Assembly (NCBI GenBank): GCA_964016885.1
Contig: OZ024752.1
Coordinates: 10,850,001-10,914,000 of the forward strand
Direction: 5' to 3'
Source of the DNA: Eledone cirrhosa
Taxonomy: Eukaryota
Length of the DNA stretch: 64,000 nucleotides
How positions within the stretch are numbered: the first letter of the stretch is position 1; each line of letters opens with the position of its first letter. Positions 1-15,062 of the stretch are shown piece after piece. The translations under genes and the position numbers were made by a program. Below the pieces are notes generated by a model, which was given only the letters and a program-made list of their open reading frames with translations, was not told the DNA's origin and searched no databases.

Positions 1-1335
1 AGGAGGAATAGCATGCAAGTTCTAGTTGTATTGTATCTGGAAAAAGTGTAGTCACGAGTGAAATACCTTTGATCATAAATTTGCTAGATCATGTATCATA
101 TGGCGCTGAACAAAGAGAATCTTTTGTTTTTTACTCATTACATTAAAGACAATAATAAAAATAGGTTTCAGATATTCGGAAACCTTAAAAAAGAAGAAGA
201 AAAAGAAAAAGAAAAAGGAAAAGAAAAAGAAAAAGAAAAAGAAGAAGAAGAAGAAGTTTGTTCAGCTTCAATTGATGTGATCATTCCTTTCACAGAGAAA
301 CTTCTGATTAGTAGCATGTGATATATTTTGATCGCTTAAATGTTACAACGGATAGAAAGGTGATTGAGTTATCCGGGAATTTCCATCATGCCGGGTGATA
401 AAACATCTGTGTAAGGTTGTTGTTGGACCATTTATCGATGAAAAACCTTTGAGAGAAAGCGGTCCATGTGTATGTCTGCTAAACACTTTGATTTAATGTA
501 GGGCTCATAATGACATAGTTGATCAAACCCTGGCCGTATTTAATATCGATATCAGTTGATTAAAGATCGTCAGACAATTATAAGCCCCAGTGTAAATACT
601 CCTAGGCAAATTATCGTTGGGGTAGATAAAATGCATAGCAGTAAAATATTGAAGTTCAAATAAGTCGACTATACTACGCCACGTGTTTTTAATTAGATAT
701 CAATATTGTCGATTTTGTCCTGGTTTCTTGTTGTTATAGGTGAAACCATACTGTATATCTCGTGTGTGCTGGACGCCCGGGCTGCATTATCGGATGCAAC
801 ATTTCCTAAGACCGTGGATTGAATTACGTTTTACGGGGATCCCACCCAAATTCGGGTGGGTGAGAGGTGAAAATGGGTATAGCTTTCATCATGCAAAATC
901 TCCCCATTCTGCCTCATTTCTCCCGTTTTGCGCAATTTATTCATGGTACTCCCCGTTTGGATTTTTAGAAGTTAGCAGGTCAGTAATTTTATTACTGTCT
1001 ATCATAAACTTACCCAAAATATTTTTTACCACTTCAAAGTTTAACGGAATAGAACTTTGTGACATAGGCAAAGGAATTTCAAATACAGCAAAAATAAAAA
1101 AAGAAATCCGAATAAATACAGTAAATTATAATTTCAGTTGCTGGATGTGTACATGTATTAACAATGATTTAAATAATATTACATACAGATACTATTACCA
1201 TTGAGTTTTTCCTTAAAGACAGGTCAGATTTTATTGAGTGGTCTTACAAGTCAAACGGAGTTCTAGCTTTAAACACCTCTTATATTCATTCTGATATATT
1301 GCATCTATTGCAATATTAATGAACATGTACGTTTA

Positions 1336-1552
1336 GGGGGGGTGGATTGACAGTATCGGTACAGGGTCGGACGCCATGCTTTGAAGCATAGAGTTACGGC
1401 TCTTTATAATCTGAGCTCAAATCCCGCCGAGGTTAACTTTGCCTTTGATCCTTATGGTGTCGATAAAATAAAGTACCAGTCACGTACTGGAGTCGATTTA
1501 ATCGACTTTCCCCTCCCCCCAAATTACTGGCCTTGTGCCTATATAAGAAACC
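1336..1552 (+). mobile_element. tRNA-derived SINE, long form, with 16-bp TSD
   Basis: A-box-like head, B-box GAGCTCAAATCCC, central GCCTTTgATCCTTATGGTGTCGATAAAATAAAGTACCAG (resembles the Meta/MESC SINE domain, from memory). TSD attaatgaacatgtac at 1315-1330 and 1553-1568. Confidence 0.9.
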
Positions 1553-2475
1553 ATTAATGAACATGTACATTGTAGGATATAATATAAGAGAGGATTTGCT
1601 TATATATCAAGCATATAATCATTAGAGCCTCTATTGTAGACTATATAAACATTGTGTTTTAGAATCTTGTTTGTCTTAAATAAATCTAGATTCAGTGTTT
1701 AACTTCAGGTAAATGTTTGTTGTTTATTTTTGTTTTTCAAAGTGCGGTTATTCAATTCAATGTAAAATATTTGAGCTGATTCTCGCATCAATAGAAATGT
1801 TAAACCGTGTACATAATATAGATTTGTACATAATATAGAATACATTTTTGCCTAGATTTTGCACAAGAAAATATCTGAGGCATATTGAAATTGCAATTAT
1901 TCTTTTAAGAAGATAATACTATTATTCATTTCGGAACTATATATAGTTCACAAAGGAATAATCCAAAACAAATCTGCTAATTCCTTGTCAGTTATGGAGA
2001 GGGGATTCATTTTATTGATGTTAATGTATAACTTCAAATCACGAGGAGCGCCTTGACATAGGAGTCAATGCTCTCATTCAGCTCGGGATTTTCTTCTTCT
2101 TCGGGTAGAAGTACCCTCTGAATATACGTATCAAAACTGACATCGAATCTTTTATGCAAGATAAATCCTTTTCTAAGTCGCAAAGGAGAGCCTAGGGATA
2201 AATAACACTGTTATTATCCATTAAAATTTGTTTCATGCAGCTTATACCATGTCAGTACAGAATAAGAAGCAGCAGGTCCAGCAGCTACTGTTTTATATAA
2301 ACAATTGATTATGACATTCGTCAAACGTTACGTAAGTTTAATATTATATAAAATACATTGGATTGGTTCTAATAATTCTTTATGATCAGAATCTACTTTG
2401 ATTTAGTCAAGATGGAACCTTTCAAATATAAACAATTCTTCGTCCAGTGACGTCCGATATTAATTTCCTGCCACG

Positions 2476-2692
2476 AGGGCGGTGGATTGGCAGTATCGGT
2501 AGAGGCCGGACGCCATGCTTTGCACCATAGAGTTACAGCTCTTTATGATCTGAGTTCAAATCCCGCCGAGGGTAACTTTGCCTTTCATCCTTACGGCGTC
2601 GATAAACTAAAGTACCAGTCACGAACTGGGAGTCGTGTTAATCTACTTTTCTCTCCCCCAAAATTGCTGGCCTTGTGCCTAAACTAGAAACC
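2476..2692 (+). mobile_element. tRNA-derived SINE, long form, with 15-bp TSD
   Basis: Same family as 1336; B-box GAGTTCAAATCCC; TSD attaatttcctgcca at 2459-2473 and 2693-2707. Confidence 0.9.
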
Positions 2693-2877
2693 ATTAATTT
2701 CCTGCCATCGCTTTTCAACTTATATTTAATTCTTAATGCATACTGATGGTGCAAAAATGTAATACTAACTGGTCACAGAAAAACCTAAACGCCATTTATA
2801 CAGACTGAAGAGCACTTCCGGTGAGTCAATGTTAAGTATTTGTATCTATTCCACTATCAACATTCTTACAAATTAAA

Positions 2878-2990
2878 TAATTGTTTCTACTTTTGGCACA
2901 AGGCCAGCGATTATCCCAGTGCATTACTGGTTCATTATTTTATCGACACCGTAAGGATGAAAGGCAAAGTTAACCTCGGCGGTATTTGAA
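2878..2990 (-). mobile_element. 5'-truncated SINE, short form
   Basis: Reverse complement of the SINE from the B-box to the tail (aggatgaaaggcaaagttaacctcggcgg). Confidence 0.85.
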
Positions 2991-3530
2991 ATGATATAAT
3001 GTCGCATTTTGAGCATATGCAGTCTTATTTATCATAGAAAGCATTCTATAATACGTGGACATATCGTTGGTTCCACTAATAGAACCCTCGTAATATCAAG
3101 ACCGGAACTGAAGATGCAACTGAATTTTATCAGAATAACACGAAAAGAAATTCAGGAGAAGATGAACGCTTTAACCTACAAGACATTGAAATGAAGTAAA
3201 ATATATATGCAACATTTAACGCCAAATGACACAAAATGTTTTCCTTGACAACTATGTAAATCGTAAATGGAGGGGCGTCTATACACTTATACATTCCACT
3301 TCAAGTAGAAATGGCTAAAGCAGTGGTTTAGAGCTACGACCAATTATGATATTAAAGATAAGAATATATATATATAGCGAAAGAGAGAGAGAGAGAATAT
3401 ACACACACACAAACACACATATATATATATACATATATATATATTATATAAACCGTATTTCTTTAGTAATACGAAATTCAAATACATTTTTATGTTATGT
3501 TCGAAGGTAAATTCTAATATATATATATAC

Positions 3531-3583
<53 letters not shown>

Positions 3584-3704
3584 TTTATGTATAGTATATT
3601 TGGTAATATACCGTATGTTTAACTAAAAACATTTTGAAGAACTTGCGCTATCATTTTAAAGTAGTGAATATGTCACTTCTTTTTTCGGCAAAGGAAGGGA
3701 GAGA

Positions 3705-3747
3705 AGCTGACAGATTCTGTTTCACACTGTTGGTGACCCTCAGAGCT
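3705..3747 (-). ncRNA. Decayed type I hammerhead motif in a PLE-end insertion (about 3581-3988)
   Basis: Minus strand: agct-CTGAGGG-t-cac-caaca-gtg-t-GAAA-cagaatctg-TC-agct. A9 is changed to G. The insertion is flanked by (TA)n on both sides. Confidence 0.6.
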
Positions 3748-3981
3748 GGAAGTTTTGATGAAATAGTCTTTAAGACTATACAGAGCATTTGAAGTTTTTT
3801 CCAAATTGAAGGATGAGTATTTTAGAAATTCTGTGGATGAATTTATATCCTGATTGTCTTTGAGATGAGTTTGAATTATTTTTCCCCCATCTTACGTTAA
3901 CTATTTTTCCCATTTTGACGCTATAGTCGCATATATGTTATGGACTACTGTTAGCTTCTCGCTACAACAATTTCTATACCT

Positions 3982-4033
<52 letters not shown>

Positions 4034-4042
4034 TATATATAT

Positions 4043-4087
<45 letters not shown>

Positions 4088-4154
4088 TATATATATATAT
4101 ACACACACATATATATATACACACATATATATACACACATATATATTTACACAC

Positions 4155-4187
<33 letters not shown>

Positions 4188-4208
4188 CATATATAAATGT
4201 ATACACAC

Positions 4209-4269
<61 letters not shown>

Positions 4270-4278
4270 TAAATGTAT

Positions 4279-4331
<53 letters not shown>

Positions 4332-4362
4332 TATGTACACATATATATATATATATACATAT

Positions 4363-4838
4363 AGGGGCTGCCAACTCGTTTTCGAGTACGGCCACTACTT
4401 TATATCCATGAAGGAGAAACCCTGCCGATGCGCTGAACGAGTGTGACTTTTTAGTCCAGCCAGCGACTTGAAAACTCTGATACAAACACTACACTTGTGA
4501 CAATTATTGACACACAGTGCTGGGCCCATGCTACCATGTAACGACAGGTGCAGAGAAATCTCCAGATATAAAGCAATGCCTGTGCTGTGAAGCTTTTATA
4601 ATGAGCAAAGGCATTGCACAAAGCCAGTCCCACTCTCTTAACCAAATGATGTTTACCAAAAAGAAGAACAAGTCAACATCATTGGATACCATCAGGGTTG
4701 CAGGTGTTATATCAGAGTTTTCCTTCTCCTAGAATTCTGCCTTGACAAAGGCTAAGGGGTCATCTCGCCCGGTGATTTTGAATGGCCATTGACTCTTAAG
4801 AGCTCCTTTGCCCTTTGACAGGTTTTGTTTTTAGTCCT
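4363..4838 (-). mobile_element. Short RTE-like non-autonomous retroelement, truncated copy
   Basis: Near-identical reverse complement of about 23515-23990; embedded in (TA)n. Confidence 0.6.
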
Positions 4839-5085
4839 ATATATATACATATACACATATATATATTTACATATATACATATACACATATATATATATAC
4901 ATATATATACACATATATATATATACATATATATACACATATATATACATATATATATATACATATATATATACATATATATATATACATATATATATAC
5001 ATATATATATATACATATATATATATACATATATAAATATACATATATATATACATATATATATATGGTTTTATGTTGGTATTTT

Positions 5086-6081
5086 GGGGTATAGTGTGAG
5101 TGGCATTTAGGTGTGTACTTTTCATTTGGTGTTTGTTGGTAATATTAGGTTGTATGTTTATAGTGTTATTAGTAGAAGGTATATATTCCAATCTATTTTT
5201 GTGGCCACTTCTATCTAGAACTTCGTTATAGAAGGTCGCATTTTTATCAAATACATCTTGGTTAGACGAAAGGTTAGAAATTCTAAGTGATATATTATAT
5301 GCAAGGTTTTTAAGGATAGATTTAGGGTGATTAGATTGTGAGTGTATGTAGTGTAAGTTTTGGTTGGGTTTATGGTAAGGTTGGTAGATACCCGTAGCTA
5401 AGTCTAAAGTTATATCTAGGAAATTAACTACTTTACTTGTGTTTTCAAAAGTAATATCAAGACTATAATAGTCTTTAAGGAAAGTTCTAATAAGCTTTTG
5501 GTTTTTTTCTATTCCTGAGAGGCTAAGGTTGTTGGAAAGAAGAAGACAGTCATCACGATATAAACCACCTTTAAGGTGGGGAAAGGAAGCATTTATGTTA
5601 AAAAGAAGAAAGAGGCCCACAAGATCAGTCATTTGGGCAGAATCGCTTGAACCCATAGTAATATCAAATAGATTACTATATGTGTTTCTGGTCCAGTATT
5701 CATTCTGAAATTCATAAGTGTTAGTCTAGCATGTGTAATAATATTAATGTCATCCAAAGTTAAGTTAGATCTATTTTTAGCAAATATCAAAGCTTTGTTC
5801 AGGAGTATAGGTGATATAGAAGAATAGTAATTATCTATATCAAATTGTAGAAATGAAGCAGAAGATTTACATCTAATATTATTAAACCAGTTAATTACCT
5901 GGGAAGTGTTTTCCCAGAGTGGTAAATTAACATGTTTTCTTATTTGTGGGATGACTCTATCCAAAATTTTTTTGCTAATTATTCCAATATCCGATTTGGA
6001 GGGACATATAAGTCTTATAGAAGGATTTGAGTTAAAGTTTGATTTATATTTCAAGTTGAAGTGTGGTCTTTTCAATGCCAA
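5086..6081 (-). pseudogene. Penelope-like reverse transcriptase fragment, YRDD type (probably Nematis-like), frameshifted
   Basis: ORFs 5629-6081 and 4796-5656 carry [66 protein letters not shown]. One frameshift near 5690. Confidence 0.9.
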
Positions 6082-6082
6082 A

Positions 6083-7483
6083 GGTTATATATGTATGTCT
6101 GAGTGTGTGTGTGTGTGTGTGTGTGGTTGTGTATATATACATGGGTATGTGTGTGTGTATGTATATATGTATATATATATGTGTATGTATATGTGTGTAT
6201 ATATATATATATGTATGTATATGTATATATATATATGTGTGTATATATATGTATATATGTGTGTTGTGTGTATGTGTATATATATATATATATATCGGTG
6301 TGTATTTATATGTATGGGTATATGTTTTACTTATTTTTATGTATATACATACAAACAGGTTAATATGTGTGAGGTTAAGTATGTGTATGTGTGTGTGTGT
6401 GTACGTATGTATGTATCGAACGTATGGATGTGTAAATGTGCGTATGTATATAAGCATGTATATTTTATGTCTCTCTTTTATGTTTTTTTATGTTTTTTTA
6501 TATTTCTTTTGTGAGACATTCGCGTCTGTGTATGTACGTACCCCCCCTCTTATTTTTTGTTCCCCCGTTTTTAAGTTTTTTCCTTCTATAAAAATTGTTT
6601 TTTATTTCTAACTTTATAGATACATTTTTATGAATATGTCGAGTTTGACACTTTCCTTTAATTACTTACTCCCTTACCTCCTTTACTTCTGCATCTAAAT
6701 GTAAGTGTGTGTGGGCGTGTTTATGTGAGCGCCTCAATATCCATATAGTTATAATAATAATATATACGTATGAATGTGTGTGTGTGTTTGTATATGTGTG
6801 TTCGTATGTATGTGTGTGTTTATGTATATGTACGTATGTGTGTATGCATGTGTGTATATGTGTGTATATATATATGTATATATATATATATATGTATATT
6901 TTGTCTGTGGATTGTAAACATACAGATACATTAGCCCTAAATTTTTATATTTACATACACTTTTTCAACATGCGTATGCATATGAACATACATTTTTATG
7001 CATATCTGTGAGCGAATTTACTTACATATATACACACACCTAACTGTATTTTCTTGATGAATTTTTATGTATTTCATTGGTCTATTTAAAATCTGTTCCC
7101 AAACAGACCTGTAATTTTGAATTGTTGTTATTATCAATAAATATACATCATTATTTCTGAAGACAGCATATATATGTGATGGTATGTATATTCTCCTTTA
7201 TAGTTTGTATAATTTTGTACATAGATCTTTTGAATATGCATACCAATTCTAACACATATATGTCCTAGAAACGATCGTAAAATAATCAACTTTTTTTGTT
7301 TAATATAAGGAACTGTTTCTTTGTTTTATTCATTATTTTTTTAATATTTTATCTTGACTCTGTATTCCGTTTATCTTTCACCGGAAGTGATTTTTGAATG
7401 CATCTCTTCTTTTCATGATATCCGGATTACATTGAGTTCTTCATACGGATTGGACACTACCGTAAACTTTTGGTAGATTTATC

Positions 7484-7488
<5 letters not shown>
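6083..7488 (+). mobile_element. PLE 3' region (family A), head-to-head with the RT fragment
   Basis: Microsatellite-rich tract, then an HHR, then a terminus (ggattacattgagttcttcatacggattggacac...) shared with 15110-15238 and 25543-25680, ending in (TA)n. Confidence 0.7.
7151..7285 (+). ncRNA. Type I hammerhead with 104-nt stem II (family A)
   Basis: ttattt-CTGAAGA(7157)-[104 nt, arms catatatatgtg/cacatatatg and tggtatgtatatt/aatatgcatacca]-GAAA(7268)-cgatcg-TA-aaataa. Confidence 0.75.
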
Positions 7489-7536
<48 letters not shown>

Positions 7537-7975
7537 CATTTATATATATATATACTGATAGTTTGATAAATAGATTCATAGAGGCTTCTTATTTGTTATC
7601 TCTCTCCATATAATTCCAGCATCTCTCAACTTGCCTTTGCTGGAGAAGTATAGAAGGAGGATGTCGTAGAAACATTAAGATGTCCCAGGAGGGGCTTTTA
7701 GGTAAATATACGCATTGGTTGCATGCGTGTCGATTCAAAACGCATTCCTGTCGCCAATTTATCTCACATTAGCATTATTCATGGCCCCAATAAAATTCTA
7801 ATTAGATGTAGATATCTCTCTGGGATAAAATGCTTCGATTAGCGGAATTAACATGTGATTTATGAGGGTCATAGGTAAATAGAACCTCGATGCACACTCA
7901 CAAACAGGCGTAATTTTATACCTACATATATACACACAACACACACATTTATACATATACATATATTTACACACG

Positions 7976-8006
<31 letters not shown>

Positions 8007-8062
8007 CAGTACACCGACATATATATGTATATATATATGCACACAGACACACACATACATAT

Positions 8063-8094
<32 letters not shown>

Positions 8095-8762
8095 ATCTAC
8101 TCACGCACACATACATACACACATACGCACACCCATATATGCATACATACATACAAACAAACCCACATACACACCCATACATACGTACATATATATACAT
8201 ACACACATACATACACACACATACACACACATGCACAAACATATACATACACAATAGTCAAACGTATTTCCTAAGGAATTATAACACTTATTTGTAACTC
8301 GATTATTATTAATTTGCGTTCGGATTTATATTATAAATATCGATTTAGCTGAAGTAGTGAACTTCGCTGTCCGAAGCTGAATATAATTATAAATAGTTAC
8401 ATAATGTTAACAGTCAATACCATTAAAGCAAAAACTTCTGACTTCTGTTACATGGTGTGGTACGTTAGCTAAGTGAGTTTTAATTCATCTTCACGACGAC
8501 AAATAATTTGTGAGTGGAATTTGTTAGACGTAATGGAATTTTCTTTTTATTATTTGCCAACGAGCAACTTGTCTATATGAAGAGATACACCTTGTGAAAA
8601 CCGGTTTTAATAAATATAGCAATTCTGTTATATAATGGTAAATGCTCCACATTATTGAAAATTGAGTGAAAACATTTAATTCACAGTCCCGGCACGTTCG
8701 CATTAAAATGACAAAACAACACCAGGAGAATTTAAAACATGAGAGCGCGCACACACACTCAA

Positions 8763-8793
<31 letters not shown>

Positions 8794-8806
8794 CATATAT
8801 ATATAC

Positions 8807-8840
<34 letters not shown>

Positions 8841-9001
8841 CCATATATATATATATATATAAATTATTTACTTGTTTTGATATGTTTGTTGTGTATGTTT
8901 TGGAGGAAACACAGTGTTTTAAGTAGCGGATTTGTTCTGTTGTTATTGTAGTTTTTATATAACAGAGAACAGTGTCTTTCAATAACCTTTCAGCTATAAC
9001 A

Positions 9002-10350
<1,349 letters not shown>

Positions 10351-10352
<2 letters not shown>

Positions 10353-10556
10353 GGAACGAGTAGGGCCCCGACGGCTGAGCTCAAGTCGTTTCGACGGCTA
10401 ATTCTGGACTAAAACGTCCAGAATTAGCCGTCGAAACGGCTTGAGCTCAGCCGTCGGGGTTCTACTCGTTCCTATTACCCACTCTACTACCCTAAGTATT
10501 GAGTACTTTGGTTCGTTATGGTCCACCTGGTTACTTACCACATTTCCTTCGTTATA
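10351..10556. mobile_element. Head-to-head PLE-end insertion, family C
   Basis: Inverted arms meeting near 10413; the sequence recurs at 13843, 40859 and 50460; (TA)n on both sides. Confidence 0.8.
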
Positions 10557-10568
10557 TATATATATATA

Positions 10569-10800
10569 GTTTTATTTGCCACAAGGGTCTACCAAAATGG
10601 GACATTACAAGACGTGACGGCGGGGGTTTTACATATAATCTTTAACAATGATTTATAACAATAAACTATATATAAAATAAAACAATCGAAATCCTCAGTA
10701 GGGGGCGGGGGGACGTTACTGCGGGGTGGTTTTACACCCGGTGGATAGAACAACCCTCAACACCAGGAACACATTTTGTAGCTGTTCCCGTCTTCCCTCT
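10569..10800 (-). mobile_element. Possible 3' end of a Tx1/L1-like LINE
   Basis: Minus strand ends cttgtaatgtccc...cccttgtggcaaataaa with a poly(A)-signal-like AATAAA. Assignment from memory only. Confidence 0.35.
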
Positions 10801-10922
10801 GTTTATCTTCCTCAACTTGCAGCTTTATATACAAAGAAGATAGATAGATAGATATAGATATATATATCCCAGGCTCAATCGGGGGTAACCACAGTAGAGT
10901 AAAGTATTTAATATAGAATTGG

Positions 10923-10969
10923 TTTCTACAGGACTAGATCTGTTTCATTCGAAGGAAATCATCAGGAAA
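10923..10969 (-). ncRNA. Type I hammerhead, intact core (family D)
   Basis: Minus strand: tttc-CTGATGA-t-ttc-cttc-gaa-t-GAAA-cag-atctagtc-ctg-TA-gaaa. A decayed inverted copy follows at about 10973-11016. Confidence 0.75.
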
Positions 10970-11120
10970 TTACTAATGATTTCCTTCGAATAAAACAATT
11001 CTAGTCCTGTAGAAACTATATATATATATATAAAGAATTAAAAAGAACAGAAAGATGCAGTAAAAGAGATTTATTCGGTTCTTACGTACGTTTCAATAGA
11101 CATCAATTTGCCTATATATA

Positions 11121-11125
<5 letters not shown>

Positions 11126-11215
<90 letters not shown>
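11126..11215. repeat. (GT)n microsatellite
   Basis: About 90 bp of pure GT repeat. Confidence 0.95.
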
Positions 11216-11218
<3 letters not shown>

Positions 11219-11299
11219 GGGTACACAGATATAACAAAATCGGTACAGTATATTATGGAAGGAATATATTAGGGTAACGTTTGAAATAGCAGGAAGAGG

Positions 11300-11336
11300 G
11301 TCTTAACGTTTCGCACTCTAGTCCTTCATCAGAAGA
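11300..11336 (-). ncRNA. Minimal hammerhead motif
   Basis: Minus strand: ctt-CTGATGA-a-ggac-taga-gtgc-GAAA-cgtta-ag with palindromic AACGTT stem III. Degenerate relatives near 13645, 20130 and 49265. Confidence 0.55.
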
Positions 11337-11379
11337 AAGAATGAGAAAATAGAAATATGAAGGGAGCGCCAGGATATAT

Positions 11380-11421
<42 letters not shown>

Positions 11422-12597
11422 CTTGTCATCAAATAGCGCACCAAAAGCGTGAACTTTCTTACAAAATCTCATCATTGGACTCATTGAAACACCTTAAATT
11501 CATAGATGATAGTATGATGAAAATGATACCTTTATTATTTCTATATATGTGTTGTTAATACAACACATTGTACCTGTATACTAAATTGTTTTTAATGATT
11601 CGCCCCACGACTTACGACCCACTCTGTATCTTCCTTCGCGTAAACGTGTGTATGCGAGATTAACATTAAACGTGGTATGTTAAAAACCACAATACAATAA
11701 AAACGCGTTCAAAATTATTGTTTATATAACCTCAGAATGTATGGGATGGACGAGAGATGTAACAGGAAAGATGTCGAGGATTGGTGTAGCTCTATAAATC
11801 ATTGGTTGCAATTATTAAGAAATATGCTTAATAAATTTCTATGAAATAAAATTAATTATTTCAAATAAATATATTAATTCAAGAAAATAAAACCAAAAAT
11901 ATAAAACATTAAATTACCATAATTGTGAATATTATACTCAACATTTGTAAATTTATATTTAGGCATTATAAAAAAACCGTTAAAGAAGAAGCAATTGCAT
12001 CGTTTATTGTGTCGTCATCCATTACAATATTTGTGATGGAACGTCTCGAGCAGTGAGGCGACTGGTGTAACATTTGTTATTGTTAGCCATGTAATGTGTT
12101 TGTTGGTTGAAACAAACCAGTAGGTTTAAAGCAGAGTTAAAGAATAGTGAAGTGTAGCGTGTTAATAGGAGAAATTTAAGAAATTAAATTCCAAACCAAT
12201 AATTTTCATTTGAATTTGGACAGTTATTTTTTTTAAATTGAATAATGGGATCAAATTCTGACCCTCCGTATAGTTCTAATGAATCACATTACAACGGTTT
12301 ATCTCTTTTTCTGAGACGGTAAATAATACCATCAATTTGAAAATAGGAAGTTCGGATAATAAAGAGTAAAATGATATTCTAAACAGCCACATTCAAAATG
12401 AAAATAATTATATATATATATATAAATGGTAACACAACAATTAGTTCACCATACCGAGAACAATTGTTTCACCTTAGCGGAGGTGAAACAATTGTTGTCG
12501 GTATGGTGAACTAACTGTTGTGCTACCACTTCTACTTAACTCGTCCCATGGACTGAGTGGTCTACCACTACGGATATTATCTTCCAGTGTTCTCTCG

Positions 12598-12678
<81 letters not shown>

Positions 12679-12800
12679 AGTTCCGCAAGAGCTAGTACAC
12701 AATAACCGAGAGTTTACCTCCCCCTTGGTTTGAAAATGGCTGTTTTTGCACATGCGAATTCGTACAGTTAGATTTCTTTTTTCCATACAACCTCATTTAA

Positions 12801-12843
12801 ACCGAGCTGATGATCCGAATAAGCTGAAATAATTGTTCTCGGT
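12801..12843 (+). ncRNA. Type I hammerhead (family E, diverged)
   Basis: accgag-CTGATGA-tccgaataagct-GAAA-taattg-TT-ctcggt; 6-bp stem I. Confidence 0.6.
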
Positions 12844-13211
12844 AATCGTGAGCTAACTGTTGTGGAACTACTACTACAAAACTCGTCTCATGGACTAAGC
12901 CATGAAATGAGCGCTCTATTACTACGGATAGAACCCATCTGTGTTCTACTATTATATATATATATATAGTGGTAGAACACTGGAAGGTAATATCCGTAGT
13001 GGTAGAGCAATCAGTCCATGGGACGAGTTAGGTAGAAGTGGTTACACAACAGTTAGTTCACCATACCGAGAACAATTGTTTCACCTTATCAACTAAAAAC
13101 TTTTCGGACTTTCGCAGTTATCTCCTTACACCCCTCGCACGCATTTTAGTATTGCCTGTGTGAAGTGACCGGTTTCTGCGCCTGCGCGTTCGTACGGTTG
13201 ACGTTCCTGTT

Positions 13212-13253
13212 CCGTGAGCTGAAGATCCGCTAAGGTGAAACAATTGTTCTCGG
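13212..13253 (+). ncRNA. Type I hammerhead (family E)
   Basis: ccgtgag-CTGAAGA-t-cc-gctaa-gg-t-GAAA-caattg-TT-ctcgg; palindromic stem III AACAATTGTT. Confidence 0.7.
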
Positions 13254-13281
13254 TATGGTGAACTAACTGTTGTGTAACCAC

Positions 13282-13336
<55 letters not shown>

Positions 13337-13429
13337 CGGTCTATCGACTTTCGTCAAATCGGACCGATGGAACGATGTTTCCATTGGTCTTTCCAATTGT
13401 TAATACTATCTATTGGTCGCAAATCCAGA

Positions 13430-13545
13430 CAGAAAGAGCAACGTGAAATAAAGTCTTGCCCAAGGACATAACACAACACCCGGTCCGAGAATCGAACTCA
13501 CAACCTCACGATGTCGAATCCAAATATCTAACCACTCAGCTACTC
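13430..13545 (-). mobile_element. Second tRNA-derived SINE family fragment (CORE-like)
   Basis: Minus strand: tagctgagtggtta (A-box), gagttcgattctc (B-box), then tccttgggcaagac. Confidence 0.65.
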
Positions 13546-13771
13546 ATGTATATCATTGTGATCAATGAAAGAAAAATTGATTTTAGTAAATCTACAAAAT
13601 ACGCAGTTATATTAGGTTCACGTTTGGAGGAAGTGGGGGAGGGTTAAACGTTTCGGACAGAAGACCGTTATTAGGAAAGTTGAACACTTCTTCACTTCCT
13701 CCAAGCGTGAAACTATATATAACTGGATTTTTGTATTCCTGTGTTTATTTTGTTTTGTTTCATTTATAAAC

Positions 13772-13842
<71 letters not shown>

Positions 13843-13844
<2 letters not shown>

Positions 13845-14465
13845 CAAAGGGATTGTGGTAAGGAAACAGATGGACCGTAACGCACCAGAGTTCTCAATAC
13901 TTAGGGTAGTAGAGTGGGAAATAGGAGAAATTATGACCCCGACGGCAGAGCTCAAGCCGTTTCGACGGCTATTTCTGGACTAAATTAGAATGTTTAGCCT
14001 GTTGAATAAATAAGTCTATCATGGCATTTGGTGGGAGGTAGGGGTGGCTGAACTTGCCTGTAGAACAATAGGGGAGTGAGTGGAGCGGTCAAGCGTTTTT
14101 AAGTGATATGTATACAGCAGATTCTAAGGGTAGTGTATGAAGTGGAGGAGGCAGGTTATAGAATAGGTAAATCGAATGAGAGTAGGAGACAATAAAAGAT
14201 ATTAGAAAGAAATAAAAAAAATATATAAAATTAGATAGTGAGAAATGAATAAAAAAAATCACAATGCTATCTTACAGGTTAAGTTGAGAATAGAAAAAAC
14301 TTGTAGAAATTGAGTAGTAACTAAATGCCATGATAGATTTATTTGCGTTTACAACAAATTTTAACCAATGCTCTTGACAAGTACAATCTTCCTATATCTT
14401 CCTTAGTCCAGAAATAGCCGTCGAAACGGCTTGAGCTCTGCCGTGAGGGTCGTACTTTCTCCTAT
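13843..14465. mobile_element. Head-to-head PLE-end insertion, family C
   Basis: Arms match 10351 and 40859; internally deleted; (TA)n flanks. Confidence 0.75.
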
Positions 14466-14541
14466 ATATATATATATGTGAAGTAATTCCGTCGGAAAAG
14501 TTCAGGAAAAAAGAGTGCTCTATGTAGGTAACAGAGCTTAA

Positions 14542-14808
14542 TAGTTATGTAATAAACAACATAAGGCAATTATTCCATTTACCAGTGGTTTCTTAAAAGC
14601 AAAAGATTTTGCTTTCAATCCTCAGAATGAAAAAATCCTGGTCTGTTTATTGAATTTGGATTTTAAAAACAAAAATCTGATTTTTGTTTTTAAAATCCAA
14701 ATTCAATAAACAGACCAGGATTTTTTCATTCTGAGGATTGAAAGCAAAATCTTTTGCTTTTAAGAAACCACTGGTAAATGGAATAATTGCCTTATGTTGT
14801 TTATTACA

Positions 14809-14814
<6 letters not shown>
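14542..14814. repeat. Near-perfect palindrome (arms about 135 bp, centre 14678) of a PLE end
   Basis: Arms are reverse complements around aaaaatc-t-gattttt; each arm carries an HHR. Confidence 0.9.
14725..14782 (+). ncRNA. Type I hammerhead, intact (mirror copy at about 14574-14631 on minus)
   Basis: ttcatt-CTGAGGA-ttgaaagcaaaa-tc-ttttgcttttaa-GAAA-ccactgg-TA-aatgga. Confidence 0.85.
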
Positions 14815-14851
<37 letters not shown>

Positions 14852-14892
14852 TGTAACCTATGTGCAACCACGCAGTATTCTTCTTTCTTCTC

Positions 14893-14924
<32 letters not shown>

Positions 14925-15062
14925 CATTGCTTTTTAAAACAGCTGGTGTTATGCATGTAAGTAAATATTATCTCTATGTGATAGTTTGTAAACTTACATA
15001 GATCAATAACTGAGTATAGATACAATGTATTATCACCATCTAGAAACGATCGTAAAGCAGTG
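14925..15062 (+). ncRNA. Diverged family-A long-stem-II hammerhead, decayed core
   Basis: cattgctt-TTTAAAA-[103 nt, tggtgttatgcat/atgtattatcacca]-GAAA-cgatcg-TA-aagcagtg. The family-A terminus follows to 15238. Confidence 0.6.

Larger units (their letters stand above)
12425..13286. mobile_element. Three adjacent head-to-head PLE-end insertions, family E
   Basis: About 12425-12596, 12675-12950 and 12968-13286. Each has inverted arms of the ctcggtatggtgaactaactgttgtg segment (diverged in the middle copy), separated by (TA)n. Confidence 0.8.

Noticed and set aside
91-321. Lys/Glu-rich ORF (similar case at 52807-53124)
   Set aside because: Purine-rich simple repeats, not coding sequence.
740-1204. 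154-aa ORF after a plausible splice acceptor (ttgttatag/G)
   Set aside because: No recognisable domain or partner exon; it could be an exon but needs RNA-seq.
2779-2826. Possible 42-bp micro-exon (cacag/...ccg/gtgagt; EKPKRHLYRLKSTS)
   Set aside because: Good donor but weak polypyrimidine tract; too short to assign.
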